Assembly (NCBI GenBank): GCA_033762115.1
Contig: JANRLX010000071.1
Coordinates: 1-64,000, forward strand
DNA: 64,000 nt
Direction of reading: 5' to 3'
Source: Verrucomicrobiota bacterium
GTDB taxonomy: Bacteria; Verrucomicrobiota; Verrucomicrobiia; Limisphaerales; SXQI01
Of the stretch, positions 8,988 to 18,100 are shown piece after piece; position 1 is the stretch's first letter; the number at the start of each line of letters is the position of its first letter. The notes under the pieces were generated by a model that saw only the letters and a program-made list of their open reading frames with translations, searched no databases and had not been told where the DNA came from. The position numbers and the translations under genes were made by a program.

Positions 8988-9275
8988 GTGAGCGATTGTG
9001 CGTCTTTACCGGGAAACCCGGATTGTCCCCAGCCTTTTGTCTGCCCACTAAGTCAGGTAAGGGCTGGCACCGCCGTTCGCATCAAGCAGCTTTCCGCTCC
9101 CCCGGAAGTCACGCATCGCCTGAGGGAAATTGGTTTTTGCGAAGAGCAGAAAATCAAATTGCTCAGCCAGCAGGCGAACCTGATTTGCCAGGTGTGCAAT
9201 GTGCGGGTGGGGATCAGCATGCAGCTTGCTGAAAAAATCCTGGTGGAACCGATTCCCGTCCAGCGTGTTGCCTGA
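8988..9275 (+). CDS. feoA: FeoA-family protein (Cys-rich)
   Basis: PLSQVRAG...RLREIGF...RVGISMQLAEKILVE; first gene of the feo operon. Confidence 0.8.
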   Translation: MSDCASLPGNPDCPQPFVCPLSQVRAGTAVRIKQLSAPPEVTHRLREIGFCEEQKIKLLSQQANLICQVCNVRVGISMQLAEKILVEPIPVQRVA

Positions 9276-9520
9276 TGAGTATGCCAACGTCTCTACCGCT
9301 TTCCGATCTTAAAGCGGGCAATGCCGGCGTTGTCGCTGAAATCAAAATTCCTGCGGCAGCACGGGCGCGCCTGATGGAGATGGGTCTTCTGATTGGCACC
9401 CCGGTTGAATTGGTCCGTTTCGCCCCGCTCGGGGACCCTGTTGAAATCAAGGTGCGCGGCTATCACCTGACGTTGCGTCGCCATGAAGCCGAGCAGATTT
9501 TAATTACCGTCCAGCAATAA
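9275..9520 (+). CDS. feoA: FeoA-family protein
   Basis: RLMEMGLLIGTPV, APLGDP, LRRHEAEQI. Confidence 0.92.
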   Translation: MSMPTSLPLSDLKAGNAGVVAEIKIPAAARARLMEMGLLIGTPVELVRFAPLGDPVEIKVRGYHLTLRRHEAEQILITVQQ

Positions 9521-9530
9521 GCCTTGCCGA

Positions 9531-11762
9531 ATGGACGCCTCCGTCACTCTCAGCCCCCCCGTCGCTTCATCGGCGATGTGTGTGGTCCTGACCGGAAATC
9601 CAAACTGCGGCAAGACCACTCTTTTTAATGCGTTGACGGGGTTGCGGGCGAAAGTGGGGAACTACGCGGGGGTCACGGTTGAACGAAAAGAGGGACGACT
9701 GCTGGGAAGCAGCGCGGATGCCCCGATCACAATTCTCGATTTGCCGGGGACCTACAGCCTCAGCCCTCAATCGCTGGATGAGCAGATTTCACGGGATGTG
9801 CTGTTCCAAAAAATTTCGGAGGTTCCCTCCCCTGCCCTTGTGGTGGTGGTGGTCGATGCCTCGAACCTGGAGCGTAATTTGTATTACGCAACGCAGGTGA
9901 TCGAACTGGGTTACCCGACTGTACTCGCATTGAACATGCTGGATGTGGCGGCGGAGAATGGGCATGAGATCGATCCGGGGCTGTTGTCGAAGGAGTTGGG
10001 GGTGCCGGTCTTTCCGCTGGTGGCCAGCCGCACGGAAGGGATTCCCGAACTGAAAAACTTTATTTCTCAAAATGCCTCCCTCCCGGCTGCCCGTTCATTG
10101 CCGGGCAAGAGTTGTCCGTTGCCTCCCCTGTTGGAGGAGGAGGTTGAAAGGATCAGGAGCTGCCTTGCTTTAACCCGTGGAAGAGAACAGCTGGGGCGGG
10201 CGGAAGCGCTGCTGCTGATCACGGATGAGCGGATGGCTACGGGGGAGCAGGCGCGATATTCGGCTGAATTGGTTAAGGAAATCGCCGCGGCCAGGGCACG
10301 ACTGGAAGAGCATGGTTTTGACTGGCGATCAGTTGCGATTGAAGCCCGTTATCAATGGGTGGGAAAAATCCAGCGGGATGTCAGCACCTTTACCATTACG
10401 GAGGGGGAAACACTCAGCGACCGGCTGGACCGTGTGCTGACGCACAAGTTTTGGGGAATGCTGGTGTTCCTGCTGATCATGGCGGTGATTTTTCAAAGTA
10501 TTTTTACCTTTGCCCAGTATCCGATGGACTGGCTGGAGCAAGGGGTGGCCTGGGCAGGAGATAAAGTCGGGGCGTGGATTCCGCCCGGCGACCTGCACAG
10601 CCTGGTGGTGGATGGGGTGATCGCAGGGGTGGGAGCGGTGGTGGTTTTTCTGCCGCAGATTTGCCTGCTTTTTCTTTTCATCGGGTTGCTTGAGGACACC
10701 GGCTACATGGCACGGGCCGCATTCCTGATGGACCGGCTGATGAGCAAGGTGGGACTGCATGGAAAAAGTTTCATCCCGATGCTGAGTTCTTTTGCCTGCG
10801 CGATTCCGGGGATCATGGCCACACGAACGATTGAAAGCCCGAAAGACCGGCTGGTGACGATTTTGGTGGCGCCGTTGATGAGTTGTTCCGCCCGATTGCC
10901 GGTTTACACCCTGCTGATCGCCGCCTGCATCCCGGCGCGAAAAGTGTTCGGATTTTACAATCTTCAAGGGCTGACGATGCTTTCGATGTATCTGCTGGGG
11001 ATTGTGATGGCGCTTTTGATGGCGTGGTTTTTCAAGAAGACGTTGCTGCGTGGTGAGACCCCGTTGCTGATCATGGAACTGCCGCCTTACAAAAGGCCGG
11101 TCATCAAAGCGGTGCTGCGCCATATGTGGGACCGTTCACAATTGTTCCTGAGACGGGCAGGCACTGTCATTCTCGGGATCAGCATTCTGCTCTGGTTTCT
11201 GGCCACCTATCCGCGCCTGGACAACGGCAGCGTGCAGGAGAATGAAAATGTTTCAGTGGTTTCCGATGCAATCAATCGCGGCGGGCTGGTGCTTTCGGCG
11301 ACTGAATCAAATGAGGATTCCGCTGGAGCGCAGTTGCGCCACAGTTTTGCGGGACGCCTGGGTCACTTGATTGAACCGGCGATTGAGCCGCTCGGTTTCG
11401 ACTGGAAAATCGGGATTGGCCTGGTGGCCTCGTTCGCCGCGCGCGAAGTGTTCGTGAGCACGATGTCAACGGTTTATAACGTGGCGGACAGCAGTGGTTC
11501 GGAGGAGGGGAATGAACGGCTTGCGACGGTGCTGAAGGAACAGAAAAGGCCGGACGGAACGCCGGTTTACACGACGCTGGTGGGTGTCACTCTGATGGTT
11601 TTTTATGTTTTTGCGCTGCAATGTGTGAGCACGGTGGCGGTGGTGCGACGGGAAACGAATTCCTGGCGATGGCCGTTGTTTCAATTGCTTTACATGGGAG
11701 CGCTGGCCTGGGTGATGGCGTTCATCACTTACCAGGGTGGGAAATGGCTGGGGCTGGGGTAA
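9531..11762 (+). CDS. feoB: Ferrous iron transporter B
   Basis: GNPNCGKTTLFN, DLPGTYSL, NMLD, LEDTGY, MELPPY, AAREVFV. Confidence 0.97.
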   Translation: MDASVTLSPPVASSAMCVVLTGNPNCGKTTLFNALTGLRAKVGNYAGVTVERKEGRLLGSSADAPITILDLPGTYSLSPQSLDEQISRDVLFQKISEVPSPALVVVVVDASNLERNLYYATQVIELGYPTVLALNMLDVAAENGHEIDPGLLSKELGVPVFPLVASRTEGIPELKNFISQNASLPAARSLPGKSCPLPPLLEEEVERIRSCLALTRGREQLGRAEALLLITDERMATGEQARYSAELVKEIAAARARLEEHGFDWRSVAIEARYQWVGKIQRDVSTFTITEGETLSDRLDRVLTHKFWGMLVFLLIMAVIFQSIFTFAQYPMDWLEQGVAWAGDKVGAWIPPGDLHSLVVDGVIAGVGAVVVFLPQICLLFLFIGLLEDTGYMARAAFLMDRLMSKVGLHGKSFIPMLSSFACAIPGIMATRTIESPKDRLVTILVAPLMSCSARLPVYTLLIAACIPARKVFGFYNLQGLTMLSMYLLGIVMALLMAWFFKKTLLRGETPLLIMELPPYKRPVIKAVLRHMWDRSQLFLRRAGTVILGISILLWFLATYPRLDNGSVQENENVSVVSDAINRGGLVLSATESNEDSAGAQLRHSFAGRLGHLIEPAIEPLGFDWKIGIGLVASFAAREVFVSTMSTVYNVADSSGSEEGNERLATVLKEQKRPDGTPVYTTLVGVTLMVFYVFALQCVSTVAVVRRETNSWRWPLFQLLYMGALAWVMAFITYQGGKWLGLG

Positions 11763-11811
11763 CTAAAACGCAACTTGCGGCCAGGTTGTTTTATGGCGAT
11801 AATTTTTGATC

Positions 11812-12693
11812 ATGCCTGCTAATTCGACGCCAAAACCGGGACCCATGCAGAGCCTCGAAGAATGGGAGGATTTCATGAAGGACCGCTACCCGGAACCATT
11901 CAAGGCAACTGATCCTGAGAAAAAGAAGGAGCAGTTTCGCAATTATGAATTGGATGCCCGTCCTTCGGTGCGCGAATTTTATCGATTGAACCATCGATAC
12001 CAAACGTACGAATTCGTCCAACAAAAGCGGAACCAGTTTCTCAATTTCCAGCAGCGCAGGATGACAGTTTGGGAGGCGCTGGAATTCCTGAACAACCTTG
12101 TGGATGACAGCGACCCGGATACTGATCTTTCGCAATTGGATCACCTGCTTCAGACAGCGGAACAAATTCGCAAGGATGGGCATCCTCGATGGTTTATTCT
12201 AACGGGGTTGATCCATGACCTTGGGAAAATTCTCTGCCTTTATGGCGAAGAACAATGGGCGGTGGTCGGAGATACTTTTCCAGTGGGTTGCGCCTATTCG
12301 GACAAAATTGTTTTTGCGAATTTTTTCAAGGATAACCCGGACATTTTGAACCCGAAGTTCCAGACCAGGCTGGGTGTTTATGAAGAGGGTTGCGGGCTGG
12401 ATCAAGTGAATATGTCCTGGGGGCATGATGAATATTTGTATCATGTGGTGAAGGACCGCATGCCTGAAGAGGCCCTCTATATGATTCGTTATCATTCGTT
12501 TTATCCGGGACACCGGGAAGGTGCCTATGATTACCTGATGAATGATAAAGACCGTAAAATGTTCGGTTGGGTGCGCGCCTTCAACCCTTACGATCTCTAC
12601 ACCAAGAGCCATGAGAAGCCCGATCTTGAGAAGCTAAAGCCTTTTTACGACGATCTGATCAACGAGTATTTGCCGGGCAAACTGAACTGGTAA
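11812..12693 (+). CDS. myo-Inositol oxygenase (MIOX)-family di-iron HD-fold enzyme
   Basis: [56 protein letters not shown]. Confidence 0.9.
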   Translation: MPANSTPKPGPMQSLEEWEDFMKDRYPEPFKATDPEKKKEQFRNYELDARPSVREFYRLNHRYQTYEFVQQKRNQFLNFQQRRMTVWEALEFLNNLVDDSDPDTDLSQLDHLLQTAEQIRKDGHPRWFILTGLIHDLGKILCLYGEEQWAVVGDTFPVGCAYSDKIVFANFFKDNPDILNPKFQTRLGVYEEGCGLDQVNMSWGHDEYLYHVVKDRMPEEALYMIRYHSFYPGHREGAYDYLMNDKDRKMFGWVRAFNPYDLYTKSHEKPDLEKLKPFYDDLINEYLPGKLNW

Positions 12694-12739
12694 ATTTACT
12701 TTGCCTCATACGGCATTTCTTGCGTGAATGGCCTGGGCA

Positions 12740-13330
12740 ATGCCGAAAATCACCGCCATATTACCCAATCACCACAAGATTGAGTATGAACTCAAGTCAG
12801 GGGTGAACCGTCTGGGAAGGAATCCCAAAAACGATTTGCAATTGCTTGAGGCATCCGTGTCCGGTTTTCATTGCGAATTGTTCCAGAACTCGGGGACGAT
12901 TGTGGTGAAGGACCTGGGCTCCCGCAACGGGACCTATATTGATGGCAAAAAGATTGACCGCTCAATTCTTCTGCCAGGCCATGTTCTTCAGCTTGGGAAG
13001 GTGGAGATCCGGCTGGAGGGGGCTGTGGCGCATGTGGCGGTCCCGCAGATGGAAACCAAGGCTGAGGAATGGACGGCGTTCCTTCCTGATGGATCAGCCG
13101 CGTGCCTGAACCATCGCGATGTGATGGCGACGTTGCGTTGCAAGAAATGTGAGCGAACGTGGTGCGAGAGCTGTGTCCGGATCCTTAAAAAACTGGATGG
13201 CTCCCTGCTTTATTTTTGCAATGAGTGTTCCGGACCATGCCTGAAGATTGAGGATAACACCATGATCATTAAAAAGAAATCATGGATGCAATCGATCTTC
13301 GGCAAAAAAACCAGCAGCAGCAGGCGTTGA
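12740..13330 (+). CDS. FHA-domain protein with C-terminal B-box-like Zn-finger
   Basis: LGR..ND, VSGFHC, DLGSRNGTYI (FHA); CLNH, CKKC, CESC, CNEC. Confidence 0.8.
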   Translation: MPKITAILPNHHKIEYELKSGVNRLGRNPKNDLQLLEASVSGFHCELFQNSGTIVVKDLGSRNGTYIDGKKIDRSILLPGHVLQLGKVEIRLEGAVAHVAVPQMETKAEEWTAFLPDGSAACLNHRDVMATLRCKKCERTWCESCVRILKKLDGSLLYFCNECSGPCLKIEDNTMIIKKKSWMQSIFGKKTSSSRR

Positions 13331-13349
13331 CGGTATTCTTCCAGCAGGT

Positions 13350-14288
13350 TCAAAGTTGTTCGATGGCGCTGAAGGCAGATTCCAGGCTGTTGAAATCGGC
13401 ACCCTGCCTGGGGGCTGGATTGAAGGCATTCTGAAGGAATGCGATAGCATCCGAAACATTCTGAACGGAACGTGGGAGGGTTGCACCGGAAGCATTGGCA
13501 TGTCCCCCACCCTGCAATTTCTCGGCGACCTTGATCGCTTCGCCATTTCTGCTGCGGAAACTGGCAATCATGGTGCCATTTCCTTTTCGAAAAAGAGTCA
13601 TCAGGACTGGATAATTAACGGCCTGTTCCTCCAAAAGCTGGTGAACGATCATGTTCACATTGCCGACGATGGAATCGACAAATCCAACCTGGTCGGAAAT
13701 GCGGGTGACGTGCTGCCTGCTCCAGGCGTAGCCGAGCGGATTTTCGATCCGGCGCTTGACGGCCATGACTTCAAGGAGCGGATGATCGATGAGATTTTCG
13801 AGCCTGCCCTGGATCAATTCCCAGAGGTTCCAGAATTGATAGATTTTGACGAGGTTCCCGTAATCATGGGCAAGGCCAAATTCCGGATCATCATCCAGGA
13901 AAAGGTCATTGACATTGGTCCAGTGAACGATGCGGTCCAGTTCAGGAGAGGAAATCCCGTGCGACTGGCAAAGCTCGTAAACCAGGAGAGAGGCGGATTT
14001 GGAAGTGTCGTGGATTAATTGGGCGTTCCGGGGTTTTATATCGGTGGTGTGGTGATCGATAATTGTCCATCCTGCCTTGTCGAGGCGGGAGTCAAAGGTC
14101 AGATCGGCAACCCAGGCGGCCCGTTCGGAGATGGGGCGCTGTTTCCAGTTATGGTTGTGATAAGCCTGCAATTTCGGGGAATTGCCGAAGAGCTGACTGG
14201 CAAGACGTTGAAGGAGAAGCCCGGCAACGAATCCGTCCAGGTCGCTTTCATGGGTGCAGATCACCTCAGGTTTAGGAAGAGACACCAT
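13350..14288 (-). CDS. DHH/DHHA1 phosphoesterase
   Basis: THESDLDG, IIDHH, SFRSR, GGGHANASG. Confidence 0.85.
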   Translation of the reverse strand: MVSLPKPEVICTHESDLDGFVAGLLLQRLASQLFGNSPKLQAYHNHNWKQRPISERAAWVADLTFDSRLDKAGWTIIDHHTTDIKPRNAQLIHDTSKSASLLVYELCQSHGISSPELDRIVHWTNVNDLFLDDDPEFGLAHDYGNLVKIYQFWNLWELIQGRLENLIDHPLLEVMAVKRRIENPLGYAWSRQHVTRISDQVGFVDSIVGNVNMIVHQLLEEQAVNYPVLMTLFRKGNGTMIASFRSRNGEAIKVAEKLQGGGHANASGATLPRSVQNVSDAIAFLQNAFNPAPRQGADFNSLESAFSAIEQL

Positions 14289-14326
14289 GACCTTATCTTA
14301 AGGCAGAGCATAAGGAGGTGCCACGT

Positions 14327-14351
14327 AAAAAGAGCCCGCACATGCGGGCTC
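14327..14351 (-). terminator. Intrinsic terminator of the BON gene
   Basis: GAGCCCGCA/TGCGGGCTC inverted repeat with T5 on the minus strand. Confidence 0.7.
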
Positions 14352-14373
14352 GAAAGCTTTTTGTGAACAGGAT

Positions 14374-15027
14374 TTATCTCCCGCCGGAGCGACCTGTCTG
14401 GTTTTGCTGCCCGCTGCCAACCGAATCGCCAAGGACCTGCAGTTCGTTTTTCACAGCGACAACTCCTTCGATCTGCTGAACCCGTTCGACAATCGCCAGA
14501 CGTTCCGATTCACTTGCGACCGCTCCGCGCAATGTCACGACGCCACGATGGGCATCCACCTGGATGCGCTGAAGTGTTTCACTTGAAATGTTTTCCCCAA
14601 CGGCCCGAGTCTGGACGGCACCGATATTTTTCAGCTGATTTCGCACTTTGGTGGTCAGGTTGCGGTCCATGTTGCTTTTGCCACCAACGGAACTGGAGGA
14701 CAAAACAGGAGAGCCGGAAGCGGCGCCTTCAGGAGCAGAAATGGGATCAAGGCGTTGCGGAACGGGAACGTGGTTCTGGTCACTTCCCTGCTGCTCAGCA
14801 TGATCGATATCAGGAGCGGCATTGGTTGTGCCGGTATCCGGGGCGACATGCACAGCGATGGAAGAACCGGCGCGCTGGCGACGAAAAACATCATCAGTCG
14901 GGGTTGAGAAACTTGAATTCACACCGTGAGAGGCGTCTGTGTTTGCCGCTCGACGGGAAGAATCTCCATTTGAGGCACATCCCGCTGCCAGCAGCAGCAC
15001 CGCTGCAAAAGATATTATTCCTTTCAT
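14374..15027 (-). CDS. BON-domain (OsmY-like) lipoprotein
   Basis: Lipobox LLAAGC; IQVDAHRGVVTLRGAV...VVAVKNEL; GGAGG SD before the ATG at 15027. Confidence 0.85.
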   Translation of the reverse strand: MKGIISFAAVLLLAAGCASNGDSSRRAANTDASHGVNSSFSTPTDDVFRRQRAGSSIAVHVAPDTGTTNAAPDIDHAEQQGSDQNHVPVPQRLDPISAPEGAASGSPVLSSSSVGGKSNMDRNLTTKVRNQLKNIGAVQTRAVGENISSETLQRIQVDAHRGVVTLRGAVASESERLAIVERVQQIEGVVAVKNELQVLGDSVGSGQQNQTGRSGGR

Positions 15028-15120
15028 AATCCCTCCTGAACTATCCTGAAGGAACCTCGAATGAACGGAGGGCTGACGCAATGCTCCGAGCCCCTGAAGA
15101 AAAGCTCAGGTGAATTGCGG

Positions 15121-15153
15121 AAAAAAAAAGGGCTGCATTGAATGCAGCCCTTT
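15121..15153 (-). terminator. Intrinsic terminator of the giant protein gene
   Basis: AAAGGGCTGCATT-g-AATGCAGCCCTTT with T-run on the minus strand. Confidence 0.85.
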
Positions 15154-15175
15154 CGCGAGATTTTATCCGATCCTT

Positions 15176-18100
15176 CTACGGCAGCAGCAGAGCCCTGTAG
15201 AAGATGAATGGATTATTGCTAACGCCATCCACTTCCATGAAGAGGTTCTGAAGCGTCACGGTCCTGAAAGCCGCCCATGGCACGGCCAGGGAGGAGGAAT
15301 CGAGGCGGTAGTTACGGTTCCGTTTTCCGTAAAGGATCAGGCGGCGTTCGCCAGAAGTGATGAGGGCTTCCAGCAACGGCTCCGGACCGATAAAGACCAC
15401 GCGCCCGTTTGAAGTGAACAACCGTTCGATGGTGGTATTGTCCAGCTTGGTCACGGTCAATTCGGTAGGAACGAGCCGGAGGAAAGCGGAGGATTTGTTC
15501 GTTATCGTGTCGAAACTGATTTCGGCCACTTCCTCGCGTGCGGCAATGGACTGGCCGGGAATTGTTCCAATAGTAATGCGATAGCTGGCATCAGTTATTT
15601 TTTGGATTTGGGCCCGACCGATGGCTGGAGTCAAGGCATCGACGGTGATGTTGGTAAGGTATCCCGCAGGAACGTTGAGCAGGAAGGTGAAGTTGGTCAC
15701 CGCAGTGCTGGCAAAGAAGGAAACCGGGACGGAGCCACGGGTGCCAGCCTCAAGGATATCATTTCCCAGGTGCAATTCAGCATAATCGGTGACAACGACT
15801 GTGAATTGCATGGTTGCGCTCAGCGCGGGAATTCCATTGTCGGTTACGCGCACAGTGATCTGGTTTGTGCTTGGCGCCTGGAGGCGAGTAGGCCTCCAGG
15901 TGAAGACACCGTTGGTTGGGTTGATGGAGGCACCGGAAGGAGCGCCTGGGTTGAGGCTGAAGGACAATGTATTGGCTGGGATATCATTGTCAGTCGCCCG
16001 GTTTGTAATGACCAGCAGCGTTTCAGCGGAAATGATCCGCGTAGTGATCTGGTTGATCACAGGAGGTGTGTTTGGCCCGATGCGACGCCATGTTTCCGAG
16101 ACCGGTTCCAATCCTTTATTACCAGCGACGTCTTCGATGCCACTCATATTGACTGTGAAGCGGTAGAGGCCGGGGACATCGGTGAGGTCTTCCAAACCTT
16201 CAATCCTGAAGCGGTTGGTGGCCACGAAGGTGATCTGGACGCCTGCATCAATCAGGTTAACTGTTGAGTCACCAAGGGTGAGTGTGAGGTCGGCTCGAGT
16301 GAAGGTGGCCGCGTTGATTTCTTCAGAGAAGATGATGTCGAGTGATGTGATCGATCCATCGCGAGGATCAGGAGTGACTTCCGGTATGGTGACACCAGGG
16401 GCAACCAGATCAACAAACAGTTCAAGGAACACAGGGTCTGAGAGATTTGCCGCGTCATCGATCGCGACAGCCCTGAGGCGATGCGGACCCTGCGGGAGTT
16501 CGAGCGCTTTCGTGAAGCTGCGGTTTGTGACGATGGCAGTGCCGAGTTCCTCGTTGCCGGTAATGTCCATGAGGCGGACGGTCAGGTTCGTTTCGCCGAG
16601 GCTGCCGGACAGGATGAAGCGGTTGCTGCTGGTGATTCCGTCTGTTGACGAACGACCAAGGTCAGGTGTGATGGCCAACAATGTCGGGGCGGCAGGTTTG
16701 GAGATATCCATGACCCAGGACGCGGAGGCGGAGCCGGATCCTGCATTGCCTGCGGGATCACGAACGGCAGAGCCGTTGACGGTCAGGGTGTAGCGGCCAG
16801 CGGTGCCGCTGACCCAGCTGAATTCGGAGATTCGGAATATCCGAGAGGTAAGCCGGGTGATGGTGACCTGATTATTGATCAGGTTCGGACCACCATCCCT
16901 GGTCAAGGTGATGTCAGCCAGATCGAATGTGGAAGGATCAATTTCTTCCGAGAAGGTGACTTCCAGACCCGGGACGACGATGTTGCGCGGGTTGGTATTG
17001 ACCTGCTCAAGGGAAGACACAACCGGTCCGGCGATATCCTGTATCCAGTGAGAACTGAGTTGACCGATACCAAGGTTACCGAGGCCATCGGCGACATTGG
17101 TCGCATAGATGGTCAATGTGTATTCGCCTGTGTCGGCAGTGAGGCTGCCAAGGCCGGTGATGCGATAACTGCTGGCGGTCAATGGGGTGATCACAACGGT
17201 GCTGTTGATCAGGTTCGGCCCTCCATTCAAAGTGAGTGAAAGGTCGGTGTAATCAAAGGTTGCGGGGTTGATCGCCTTGGAGAAGACGACGTCCAGACTT
17301 GGGACGGGCAGGTTCCGCAATTGAGGAACGATCTGTTCGACGGTGGCAATGACAGGGGCCAGGCCTGCCTTTGACCAGCGGACAGAAGCAAACCCGATGG
17401 CAGCGTTGCCGCCGAAGTCCGCGATTCCAGCACCCTGCACTGTGAGCTCATAATTTCCTTCCCCGGCAGTGAGGGTCGAAAGACCTGTGATGCGGTAAGT
17501 GAGGTCATCAATCCTGCTGACGCGGGCAAGGTCAGTGATGAGATTCTCTCCGCCATTCAAGGAGAGGTGGATGTCTTCATGAGTGAATGTTTCCAGGTCG
17601 ATGGCTTCCGAAAACCGGACATCGACCGTGGAGATGGCAGCGGATTGAACCACTGGATCTATATCAACAATGTCAGTGATCTCAGGGGCATTGGAATCAT
17701 TGACCCTGTAGAAGAGGGTGTAATTGCCTGTGCCATTGAAATCCAGCATGTGGAAGAGATTTTCACGGCGTGCGCCGGTCTGGGATGATGGGAAGGAGCG
17801 GTCGGTGGTCCAGGCGTTTTGCGTGACCTTGATTTCCTTGCCGTCACTGCGCAGAACGCGGTAGAGGCGATATCCAGCACCTGGGTCGGCGATCTTCAGG
17901 TAGTTCCATCCTGAACTCATGGTGGCGGTCAATTGCACCTGGAGATCGGTGCGACTTACATTGCCATCGGTTGACGCGGCTGTGGCCGGGTTAACCACCG
18001 CGACTGAACCATCACTGAGCCAGAGGGTATCCGGGGCATTGTCGGGATCAGGGTCGTCATTCACGAGGAAGTCCGGCTGATTATCATCCGTCGCGCGATC

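Noticed and set aside
13356..14018. 220-aa plus-strand ORF and the many other long antisense ORFs (e.g. 331-1086, 25259-26101, 36388-37380)
   Set aside because: Shadows or off-frame overlaps of well-supported genes, with no recognisable motifs
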